A stretch of 64,000 bases of DNA from a virus (IMGVR_UViG_3300024287_000004:492-64491); one strand, 5' to 3'. Shown: positions 55,809-63,359, counted from the first letter of the stretch. Notes: generated from the sequence alone by a model not told the origin. Translations and numbers: made by a program.

Positions 55809-56000
55809 ATGGCAATCAAACTTACCCCGCGTCAAATCTCCATCGGCTACTTCGGCAAGGTGGCGCAAGAGTGGCAAGCCAAGTGGGGCCGTCCTGCCGC
55901 TGAACGCATGATTTTGGAAGCTTGCGAATATACCGAGTGCCTCAAGATCAGCGACCGCTTTACAATCTGGGAAGTAGCGGATGGCAAGCGCGTTGCTTAA
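55809..56000 (+). CDS. Early small protein, 63 aa (between DnaA-box clusters)
   Basis: MAIKLTPRQ... with RBS aggga; internal start of track ORF 55737..56000. Confidence 0.4.
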   Translation: MAIKLTPRQISIGYFGKVAQEWQAKWGRPAAERMILEACEYTECLKISDRFTIWEVADGKRVA

Positions 56001-56023
56001 CCAAACAGCCCAGCCACCAAAAC

Positions 56024-56050
56024 AAGGCCCGTAAGGGCCTTTTCTTTTAC
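56024..56050 (+). terminator. Rho-independent terminator
   Basis: aaggccc-gtaa-gggcct then tttcttttac. Confidence 0.6.
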
Positions 56051-56095
56051 CTATCTTCATTCCTTCCTAGCAACATTCCTACCTGTTTTACTAGG

Positions 56096-56248
56096 TTGTC
56101 CACACGAACGCAGTGAGTTATCCACATGCCCCTAAAACGCGTCAAAACGCGCTAGGAGGCGCGTAGAGCTTGGTTGGACACTCGCTATCAACTCGACCCT
56201 GCGCGTCTCCTAGGCCCCTTATAATCGCTCCTAGACCCATGTGGATAA
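56096..56248. repeat. DnaA-box cluster 2 (ttgtccaca 56096; TTATCCACA 56118; TGTGGATAA 56240)
   Basis: Two perfect and one 1-mismatch DnaA boxes. Confidence 0.7.
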
Positions 56249-56429
56249 CTCAAAAACCTGTTGATAAGCTGTGTATAAGGAAGAATTCACACTTGTAACA
56301 CAGCGTTTTTACACAACTTGCAACCACTCATATAGATGAAAGTCGGCAAACAAAGCGGCAAGGAACGGGCCGTTAGACGCCAAAACATCAATAAAATCAA
56401 GCACTTGAGTCTTATAGCAGACCGGCAAA

Positions 56430-56490
56430 ATATCATCTATATGAATTCATCTGTATTACCTGTCTAACATAAGACATATCATCTATATGA
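56430..56490. repeat. 15-bp direct repeat atatcatctatatga x2 (56430-56444, 56476-56490) in AT-rich DNA
   Basis: Exact 15/15 identity, 46-bp spacing. Confidence 0.7.
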
Positions 56491-56619
56491 CCACTAGGAA
56501 TTGCAACATTTAAAAAGCTGGCACGATTCCTGCTACGCGTACGCGCAACGCGTGTGGCTGTGGACAAGAGGCCATTTATACACAAAGCTACCCACATACA
56601 ACACAGAGCAAATAAACAC

Positions 56620-56648
56620 TTGCACAAACAAAAAATATGGTGTACAGT
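56620..56648 (+). promoter_or_regulatory. Early promoter, conserved family (ACTTGCACAAACAAAAAA ... TACAGT)
   Basis: ttgcac 56620-56625; tacagt 56643-56648. Confidence 0.5.
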
Positions 56649-56697
56649 GTTGTTCATGGGCAGCGCATGGGGCGCGGCGATAGATGACAAGGAGTAG

Positions 56698-56934
56698 ATG
56701 ATGAACAAAACCGAACAAGCTACGATCCGCAACATTGTCGCTCGGTTGAAAAAGCCTAATTGCGGCTGCGCAAATAGCATAGGCACCGAACAAATCGTCG
56801 CAGCCGCCAACGAAAAAGGCATCGAGGCCGTGTCCCGGTTGTACCTCGACACTTGGGTTATTCCTGCGCTCGAACTGCTGTTGTCGGGCGAACGTCATAA
56901 CGTCGAATTGGCACGCGACTTGTCCGCCGCCTAA
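56698..56934 (+). CDS. Early hypothetical protein, 78 aa
   Basis: RBS aaggag; followed by repeat gccgcctaacaccaaccacag. Confidence 0.45.
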   Translation: MMNKTEQATIRNIVARLKKPNCGCANSIGTEQIVAAANEKGIEAVSRLYLDTWVIPALELLLSGERHNVELARDLSAA

Positions 56935-56961
56935 CACCAACCACAGATGACAAAGGGGTAG

Positions 56962-57153
56962 ATGATGATTTCGAATCAAGCTTACGCGGAGGCAGTCGCT
57001 GTGCAACAAGAAACTGCTGCGCGCGCCGACGCATATCGCACTGCACTTGTGGGCGCGCTCGAATTGATTGAGCTGCTGCGCAAGAACTGTTCCGACCGCG
57101 TGACCGTCAGCGATGAGCAGATTGCTGCACTTCGTGCCCCGCTCGCCGCCTAA
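56962..57153 (+). CDS. Early hypothetical protein, 63 aa
   Basis: RBS aaagggg; same 3' flank repeat as previous gene. Confidence 0.45.
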   Translation: MMISNQAYAEAVAVQQETAARADAYRTALVGALELIELLRKNCSDRVTVSDEQIAALRAPLAA

Positions 57154-57176
57154 CACCAACCACAGGAAGGAAAACC

Positions 57177-57401
57177 ATGTTTGCATACCACCTGAGCAAA
57201 ACCGGGAAACCGGGCGGCAAGCCCCAATGCGGGCGCGGAACCACTACCACTAGCGGCCTGTCGGTTTCGGCTGAACAGTTTGCCAAATCCGAAGACCGTT
57301 GCGGGCATTGCGCTAGAACGACGCTGGGCAAGGCCGCAATTGCCAAGTACAGCCCGAAGGCAGAGGCTAGCCCGTGCAAGTGTGGGCGATGCGTCAGCTA
57401 A
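57177..57401 (+). CDS. Early hypothetical protein, 74 aa (Cys-containing)
   Basis: RBS aggaagga. Confidence 0.45.
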   Translation: MFAYHLSKTGKPGGKPQCGRGTTTTSGLSVSAEQFAKSEDRCGHCARTTLGKAAIAKYSPKAEASPCKCGRCVS

Positions 57402-57475
57402 AAACAGTGCTGATTAGCCAATGCCTAGCGTGTCTAGGCATTCCCTAACCCACTGACAACAAACGAAAGGTTATC

Positions 57476-57817
57476 ATGCTGCGCTCTGAATACATGAATC
57501 ACCCTTGCCACCTCGTTAGCAGCACGCCAGAGGAACGCGCCAAAGTTCATCGCCAATATTACAGCCAGTTTGTCAACACTGCCACCATCGCCTGTGTCGT
57601 GTCTTACATCGGGGCCGATGCCTTGAAAGCCTCGACGGACCCGCACCTTAACGACATTCCGCTTAAACGCTGGGACACTGTAGCGCAGGCGTCCTTACCC
57701 GTGGCTGTGTCGTTTAAATCCGTTGGCGACTACGCCACCCTTAGCGGTTTGGTGTGCGTGGCTAAAGAGGCTGCGCGGCAATGGTTGGAAGCACAAGCAA
57801 ACAAGGACGGGGAGTAA
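57476..57817 (+). CDS. Early hypothetical protein, 113 aa
   Basis: RBS aaagg. Confidence 0.45.
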   Translation: MLRSEYMNHPCHLVSSTPEERAKVHRQYYSQFVNTATIACVVSYIGADALKASTDPHLNDIPLKRWDTVAQASLPVAVSFKSVGDYATLSGLVCVAKEAARQWLEAQANKDGE

Positions 57818-57825
57818 GTTCGACA

Positions 57826-58154
57826 TGAGCCAGCTTAAGAAAATCAACCCGAACGATTACGCCCGTATTGCTATCCTGCTGGATTGCTTCGGCCATGACA
57901 CCAACGGCAACCCTATAGCACAGCATACCGTGTTTGCTTATGCCGACGCATCACAGGCCCTTAGCAGCCCCACGGCAGAGCTTTACAAGACCCGCAGACG
58001 GCAGCAAATCGGGGCAGGCACCAACCGTGACGACTGGGCACCTAGTGCCATGCGCTATGCTGGATTGCCCTACACGCTGCCCCTTACACGCACCGAAGGC
58101 AGCAGGGCAGAGGGCGCAATGTGGCTTGTGTACGATTTGCAACAAGAAAAATAA
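57826..58154 (+). CDS. Early hypothetical protein, ~109 aa
   Basis: MSQLKKINPNDY... with RBS ggggag; internal start of track ORF 57723..58154. Confidence 0.4.
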
Positions 58155-58158
58155 AAGC

Positions 58159-58187
58159 TTGCATAAGCTAAATGAGCCTGCTAATAT
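58159..58187 (+). promoter_or_regulatory. Early promoter, conserved family (AAAGCTTGCATAAGCTAAAT ... TAATAT)
   Basis: ttgcat 58159-58164; taatat 58182-58187. Confidence 0.55.
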
Positions 58188-58218
58188 AGAGGCTCATTAA
58201 CGCATTGGAGGCAGCAAA

Positions 58219-58557
58219 ATGGATGCACGTATTGGTCAACTGACCCGCGACGGTAAGGCAGTTTTCTACAAGAACGAGGGCGGTTATGTGGAAGGCACCT
58301 TAGAGCGAGTGGAAGCCGCTTTGGGCCTGCGTGCTGCCCCTGTAGCAGCGACCCCGGTTGTTGAAAGCAAAACCTACAATGTGCGCCTCACGTTCCAGTT
58401 TCCGGCATGGGACGAGAAAGACGGCATCCCGTACAACGGCATCACCGCAGGCAGCAAACAAGAGGCTAACGCCATTGCTCGCAGGCTGGCTCACAATGAC
58501 GGCCACCTCAACGGAGGACAGGGCCGCGTTACCTTCACCGCTACGGAAGTGCAATAA
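58219..58557 (+). CDS. Early hypothetical protein, 112 aa
   Basis: RBS ggagg. Confidence 0.5.
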   Translation: MDARIGQLTRDGKAVFYKNEGGYVEGTLERVEAALGLRAAPVAATPVVESKTYNVRLTFQFPAWDEKDGIPYNGITAGSKQEANAIARRLAHNDGHLNGGQGRVTFTATEVQ

Positions 58558-58561
58558 ACGC

Positions 58562-58589
58562 TTGCACAAACCAAAAAGGGGCCTATACT
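58562..58589 (+). promoter_or_regulatory. Early promoter, conserved family (ACGCTTGCACAAACCAAAAAG ... TATACT)
   Basis: ttgcac 58562-58567; tatact 58584-58589. Confidence 0.5.
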
Positions 58590-58620
58590 CAAGGCTCCTT
58601 AACTGATTTACCTACCACCC

Positions 58621-58779
58621 ATGACTACCATCTACATCACCCAGACCGAGGCAGGCTACGAGCTGGAAGACAGCAACGAGGTTCCGCAAGGCACAGCGGA
58701 AACGTTGGATCAGGCTATTGAATCCGCTAGACAGTTCGTCGAACTGGGGTTGGCTGATGCGTGGGTAATCAACGAATAA
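58621..58779 (+). CDS. Early small acidic protein, 52 aa
   Basis: MTTIYITQTEAGYELEDSNE...; not in ORF track. Confidence 0.35.
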   Translation: MTTIYITQTEAGYELEDSNEVPQGTAETLDQAIESARQFVELGLADAWVINE

Positions 58780-58798
58780 CTTGACAGGAGCAGCCACC

Positions 58799-59020
58799 AT
58801 GCCCGGACTCTACGAAAAAACCGTCACTGCCATCTTTGGCGGTAAGAACAAAACCAACAGCCAGAACCGCACGGAATGCGAACAAGCGCGTGCGATAGCA
58901 CGCACACTGGGCCACTACACAGCCGCTCGCTACCTTGCTCTGCGTGGCTGGACGCTCGACGGGGCGCTGTATGTCCTGCTCGGCACGGAACAGAAACACG
59001 AACAGCTTGCGGGGGCCTAA
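58799..59020 (+). CDS. Early hypothetical protein, ~73 aa
   Basis: MPGLYEKTV... with RBS aggag; internal start of track ORF 58781..59020. Confidence 0.4.
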   Translation: MPGLYEKTVTAIFGGKNKTNSQNRTECEQARAIARTLGHYTAARYLALRGWTLDGALYVLLGTEQKHEQLAGA

Positions 59021-59021
59021 C

Positions 59022-59252
59022 ATGAAGTCCTTTCACACTTGGTACAACGGCAAGAAATACCGGGTTGATCTTGACGATCAAACAGGTGAAATCATCGGCT
59101 GCGCCGTCGAAGTGTTTGCGCGTGGCAAGCGCGCAACAGAGCGTAAGCTGTGGCGTAAAGATGAACCAAAGCCAATGCCTCAGACGGTGAGGGACGTTAT
59201 GAACATGCCTTCTACGAACGATGCAATTGCACGCTGGATGAGGCGGGAATAA
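59022..59252 (+). CDS. Early hypothetical protein, ~76 aa
   Basis: MKSFHTWYNGKKY...; internal start of track ORF 58935..59252. Confidence 0.4.
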   Translation: MKSFHTWYNGKKYRVDLDDQTGEIIGCAVEVFARGKRATERKLWRKDEPKPMPQTVRDVMNMPSTNDAIARWMRRE

Positions 59253-59374
59253 CCCATTCCAGCAACACAAACATCCCCTCCGGGGCTTTTGTTGTTTGTT
59301 ACAAATTAGTTCTTGCGCTACCTGTTTGGCTGTGTAATAATCACCTACATCAACTAACCAACTAGGAACCTACC

Positions 59375-59590
59375 ATGACCACCTACTTTAAACACGGCAT
59401 AACCAACATCACCGACCTTTTCCCGTACATGCGCGTTCGTAGGGCTCTAACTTCCTTGCCCCAGCCACGGACTCCTGAGGTGAACGCTATGATTGACGAG
59501 GTTGACAGGAAGGTTGCGGCTTTCTGCGCACGGAAGGGCATTTACGAACATACAGCGTGGGCAGAGTATGACAGACAACCAAGCAAGTGA
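59375..59590 (+). CDS. Early hypothetical protein, 71 aa
   Basis: RBS aggaa. Confidence 0.45.
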   Translation: MTTYFKHGITNITDLFPYMRVRRALTSLPQPRTPEVNAMIDEVDRKVAAFCARKGIYEHTAWAEYDRQPSK

Positions 59591-59632
59591 GCAAAGGCCC
59601 AGCGAGGGACTCTAAACATAGGCAGGGTAAAT

Positions 59633-59869
59633 ATGAGACAACGTTTTCCAATCGGTTTGATCTTTGCTAAGAAACGATTTCCTAAAGCAAAAGAAACAAC
59701 GGCCTATCAGATTGACGATGTGTACACCACACGCAACAATGCCGGTGTTATCGTTAGCATAGAATACGTTGTTTCACATGAGTTCATGGGGCAGCGTATT
59801 CAAGAACGGATGGTGGATACAACCATCGCTCGCAGCCTGAGCAATGAACAGTTGAAGCAATACGCCTAA
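59633..59869 (+). CDS. Early hypothetical protein, 78 aa
   Basis: ORF. Confidence 0.45.
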   Translation: MRQRFPIGLIFAKKRFPKAKETTAYQIDDVYTTRNNAGVIVSIEYVVSHEFMGQRIQERMVDTTIARSLSNEQLKQYA

Positions 59870-59874
59870 TCGGT

Positions 59875-59905
59875 AGGCCCCGTGAGGGGCCATTGTAGTT
59901 TGTTT
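59875..59905 (+). terminator. Rho-independent terminator
   Basis: aggcccc-gtga-ggggcc then attgtagtttgtttg. Confidence 0.45.
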
Positions 59906-59916
59906 GCAATAAGTGC

Positions 59917-59945
59917 TTGCACAAGCTAAAAAGCTGTGGCATAGT
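59917..59945 (+). promoter_or_regulatory. Early promoter, conserved family (GTGCTTGCACAAGCTAAAAAG ... CATAGT)
   Basis: ttgcac 59917-59922; catagt 59940-59945. Confidence 0.5.
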
Positions 59946-60022
59946 GGACTAGGAAAGCGTTGCAGCGATTGAAGCGGCAAGCGTAGACGCAACACAGGCC
60001 CCGTAAGGGGCCTTGTTGTTTT
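59946..60022 (+). ncRNA. Candidate ~75-nt small RNA (promoter-to-terminator unit without ORF)
   Basis: Promoter 59917-59945 followed 50 nt later by terminator caggcccc-gtaa-ggggcct-tgttgttttt (59995-60022); no ORF with RBS. Confidence 0.3.
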
Positions 60023-60044
60023 TACGCACCTGTGAAATAAAAAC

Positions 60045-60073
60045 TTGCACAAGCTAAACGTATGTGAAATAAT
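60045..60073 (+). promoter_or_regulatory. Early promoter, conserved family (AACTTGCACAAGCTAAAC ... AATAAT)
   Basis: ttgcac 60045-60050; aataat 60068-60073. Confidence 0.5.
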
Positions 60074-60106
60074 GTCTTCATTGGATCAACAAACATAGGG
60101 CAGAAA

Positions 60107-60355
60107 ATGAAAGCTTACGAGGCAAAGAAAGAGGGAGTGGGCCAACGCGGTATTATCCAAATGTCCATAAAAGGCAAGGCTGAGGAAGTGCGCAAGGTGG
60201 AAGCCATCCTCAACACTAACGACCTGTTCACTAACGACCTGTGTGACGATGAAGACGAAGATGGAACCCTAGAAATCGGCTACTACGTGGACCGCAACGA
60301 CAAGGCCGAATTCATGGCAGCATACAAGGCAGCTAAGGCAGCTATAGCTAAATAA
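60107..60355 (+). CDS. Early hypothetical acidic protein, 82 aa
   Basis: RBS aggg; ORF. Confidence 0.5.
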   Translation: MKAYEAKKEGVGQRGIIQMSIKGKAEEVRKVEAILNTNDLFTNDLCDDEDEDGTLEIGYYVDRNDKAEFMAAYKAAKAAIAK

Positions 60356-60361
60356 TAACCA

Positions 60362-60392
60362 ACAGGCCCCGCAAGGGGCCTTTTCTTTTGCC
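60362..60392 (+). terminator. Rho-independent terminator ending the rightward early block
   Basis: caggcccc-gcaa-ggggcc then ttttcttttg. Confidence 0.65.
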
Positions 60393-60429
60393 CTGTCAAG
60401 GGCCAGCTTCCCCGGCTAGTGTTTCACGT

Positions 60430-60800
60430 GGAACATAGGTAGATAACATAGGTAGCACTACATAGGTTATACTACTTAGTTATTACTTTAAAAATAACTA
60501 CTTTATAATACTACTTAATATCCCCTCACTCGCCTAGCGGCTCGTTCGGGGTGGATGGTAGCATACAAACCCTAAAAAGTCAATACTCAAAAGAACAACT
60601 TAGAATGATTACTCTAAAATAATAAAATAGAAATACTAAGAAATAGATAAAAAAGCAAAATAAAGAGTGTGCTACATAGGAGCTTTGCTTTCGTAGGGCA
60701 ACTACATGCTGGTGCATGTCCATTCCTACATAGACTCCTATGCTATAGGCCCTAATAGCCATAGGAAAGCGTAACAACCCATATAGTACTACATAAGCTA
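60430..60800. repeat. Iteron-like repeats of (a)ACATAGG(t) / CTACATAG flanking an AT-rich core (60540-60665)
   Basis: acataggtag at 60433 and 60446, acataggtta 60460, ctacatagg 60673, ctacatag 60724, ccatagg ~60760, ctacataag ~60790; tactt(t/a) repeats 60470-60520. Confidence 0.55.
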
Positions 60801-61004
60801 CCCTCTCTGTGTGTGGGGCCTAGCCTACAGGCAGGGCAGGGGCAGGCGGGAGGCTGGCCCGATGTTTTCCCCCTAGTGTGTGGGACAGGGGCAGATAGTG
60901 CGGTTTGCAAGGAACAACGTAGTTGTTTAGCCAAACCGGGCGACTCTTCTTAGAGTTGTTCCAGAGTTATGGAACAGGCCCGGCCAAGGCCAGCCAAACT
61001 CGTT

Positions 61005-61366
61005 CCAAACGCGAATGATTCTCATTCCACCCCATCCCTACCCCAGCCAAGCCCCCTGTCCCTACAGGACAGGGTAGGCCATAGCCCCTGCCACAGAGGG
61101 AGAAAGCCCCTCCAGACAGGCCCCTACGGGGTGGCGTCAAAACCCTAGATGTCCGTGTAGTGTTTTGACCGAAGCGATTAGAGGGCTTTAGAGACGTTTT
61201 CTCTGTTTTGGCTACCCTCTATCGTCCTGATGTGTGATCGCGTCTCCTATGGCCTATACGCAAGCCCTAGACCCATTCCTGAGCCATGCCGAGGCCACCC
61301 CTTCCCCAGCCTGATATTTTTGAATGAGAATGAGAATGATTCGCATTCGCGTTTGGGCCGTTAAGC
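61005..61366. repeat. 13-bp perfect inverted repeat CCAAACGCGAATG (61005-61017) / CATTCGCGTTTGG (61354-61366) flanking ~336 bp; adjacent inner direct repeats caccccatccctaccccagcc / caccccttccccagcc; tandem gaatga x3
   Basis: Read directly from sequence; extended imperfect IR ~21-33 bp. Confidence 0.7.
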
Positions 61367-61499
61367 AGCCCACTCGCTCCCCCGTGTTTTACAAATAGCT
61401 AAATATGCAACACCTGATATTATAATTTTAGTATTTATGCAACGAGGTAGCTACGAACGTTGGGTGTAATTTTTTTTTTAATTTTTAATCCTACAAACA

Positions 61500-61528
61500 A
61501 AAAGGCCCCTCACGGGGCCTTTCCAATA
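61500..61528 (-). terminator. Rho-independent terminator for minus-strand gene 61532..62575
   Basis: minus-strand RNA aggcccc-guga-ggggccu followed by uuuuuguuug. Confidence 0.65.
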
Positions 61529-61531
61529 CGC

Positions 61532-62575
61532 TCAGCGTGTCGCCGGGGCGTACAGGGGTGACGACTTGGCAACGCACAAAGCCAATTTAGCCTGTGCTTT
61601 GTCGATGCAGAGCAGTTCATGCTCGCGGTCGGTGTGGCCCTTAACCCGTTCCTCGATGCACTGGGCAGCTTCCACCACGAAGCGGCTATTACACATGTCG
61701 CGGAGCGGGTTCAGGTTGGGAGGTTGACCGTCATTAGTCGTTGTGCAGCCCAAGCCCGTCAAGGCGCACCAGTTCGGCAGGGGAGGTGGCGGCAGGTTGT
61801 CAGGTCCGGGGCGCTTGCCCTGTACCGGCACGGTGCAGGCCCATATGCCTGCCGGTGGCGGGATAAACACGCAACTGCTTTTCAGCGGGGTTGCATCGTC
61901 AGGGCTCACACCTTCCCCGCTTCCCCCACCCCCACCCCCACCTTCACCTTCACCACCCCCTCCGTCAACAGGGGGATTGGGTTCGACCGGCGACGGCATC
62001 GGCGGGAGGTCGCCCCCGTCACGGTGGCCCGGTACATCAACAATCGGAGTGCCGCCCCCATCATCGGCGGATTCGTTGCTGCAATTGTCGCCACTGCCAC
62101 CCTTGCGATGGGATGCTCCCCCTCCTTGGCGTCCTGTACGCAGGCAGTTGTTTGGGGCTGGCCGTGCTTTGCCGGTGATGTTCTTTGTGGCTTGTGTTAA
62201 CCGTTCCATGAACAAGTCAACGCTACGCGCTTGATCGAACGGGGTGCGTGTGCTGTTGCTAGTGGGCTTAAACGTGATTAACGGCGTGGTGCCATCGTTA
62301 GCCAGCGTCACTTGTACCTCTACCCCCTCCATTACGTAGGTAGGTACAATGGGTAGGCATGTGTCGGGCAAGGCAGGGCCGCTAGCACACAGCCTCCAAT
62401 ACTCGCCTTCCTGCACGATACGGCTTACCACGCCCTCGCCTTCCAAGAGCTTTGGGTTGATGCCTTTCGACACCAGTGTAGGTGCGGTTGCCGTTTTTAC
62501 TGGCGGAGTAGAGAAGGCAGAGGAAGATTGCAGCGCAATACCTGCAAAAACGATAACAAGGAAATGTTTTTTCAT
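61532..62575 (-). CDS. Secreted protein with Gly-rich acidic linker and Cys-rich C-terminal domain, 347 aa
   Basis: Signal peptide MKKHFLVIVFAGIALQSSSA; GGGGEGEGGGGGGGSGEG linker; 12+ Cys. Confidence 0.55.
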   Translation of the reverse strand: MKKHFLVIVFAGIALQSSSAFSTPPVKTATAPTLVSKGINPKLLEGEGVVSRIVQEGEYWRLCASGPALPDTCLPIVPTYVMEGVEVQVTLANDGTTPLITFKPTSNSTRTPFDQARSVDLFMERLTQATKNITGKARPAPNNCLRTGRQGGGASHRKGGSGDNCSNESADDGGGTPIVDVPGHRDGGDLPPMPSPVEPNPPVDGGGGEGEGGGGGGGSGEGVSPDDATPLKSSCVFIPPPAGIWACTVPVQGKRPGPDNLPPPPLPNWCALTGLGCTTTNDGQPPNLNPLRDMCNSRFVVEAAQCIEERVKGHTDREHELLCIDKAQAKLALCVAKSSPLYAPATR

Positions 62576-62788
62576 GGCTGAAAGGCCCCTTCAGAGAGGG
62601 GCCAAAGGGAGTAGTCTAGCTGCTGTGAGGTAGGGAAAGAAATATTGCCATAGCCAGCAGCATAGCTATGGCGAGGGATGGGAGTGGTATCTTGTCTGGG
62701 ATTCAGCCCTGCCTTTCTACGCCCTTAGTCGGAGAACGTAGAAATAGGTTAGCAAAATGCTCATCCACGGCCTTGAGGTCAGACAAGC

Positions 62789-62977
62789 TCAAGCTTTGCG
62801 CTCCATCTCGTCTATGACTTGTGCTATAGCCTTGTAGGCTTTCACAACAATGGATTGTTGGCCGTGGGCCGAGAACTCAATTGCGAAAAATAGGAACGAT
62901 CCTATAAGCAAGCAGTCTTTCCACATGGCAACCCCTTGAGTAAAAAGAAGCCCCGACGAGGCAGGGCTGTAAAGCAC
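62789..62977 (-). CDS. Small membrane protein, 62 aa
   Basis: Hydrophobic ORF. Confidence 0.3.
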   Translation of the reverse strand: MLYSPASSGLLFTQGVAMWKDCLLIGSFLFFAIEFSAHGQQSIVVKAYKAIAQVIDEMERKA

Positions 62978-63197
62978 TGGGAAGTGCTGAGGGAGAACGA
63001 CACAAGCTCAGGATACAGGAAGTTCCCCTAGTTGTTTTGATTCAAATCAACTGTCGTGCAGGGTGTAGCGGTCGAGGCAATATCCGACATCTTCATACCA
63101 TTCATCACGTGTGCCGGAATAGTTAGCTTTTCCCTGCCAGTCTAGTAGCTTGCAATCTCCTAGGCAGTGCAGCTTGCGCCATATCCAATACCATTGG

Positions 63198-63359
63198 CTA
63201 GCCATATAACACCCAAGCAGCGTAGCTGATAGCGAGCACCCCTACAACATCACAGATAACCCCTCCCACGAAATAACCTCTGTGATATTGGTCGTGAGCA
63301 ACAAGCAATAGCGAGATGCCGCAGATGACGTTAAGAATACACAAAATAATTAGGCTCAT
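63198..63359 (-). CDS. Small hydrophobic protein, 53 aa
   Basis: MSLIILCILNVICGISLLLVAHDQY...; ATGA overlap with upstream gene; not in ORF track. Confidence 0.3.
   Translation of the reverse strand: MSLIILCILNVICGISLLLVAHDQYHRGYFVGGVICDVVGVLAISYAAWVLYG

Noticed and set aside
56433-57186. Minus-strand ORFs 56433..56852 and 56533..57186 across the AT-rich repeat and early genes
   Set aside because: They are antisense to a run of + strand genes with RBSs and promoters, and they overlap the promoter and direct-repeat region.
60430-60800. Possible CRISPR array suggested by ACATAGG repeats
   Set aside because: The repeats are only ~8-10 bp with irregular spacing and no uniform spacers or cas genes. 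They are better interpreted as iterons or pac repeats.
61619-62234. + strand ORFs (193, 163, 95 aa) rich in Pro/Gly/Arg opposite the secreted protein gene
   Set aside because: They are antisense reading of a Gly-rich codon stretch (GGN read as NCC, giving Pro). The minus-strand gene has a signal peptide, RBS and terminator.
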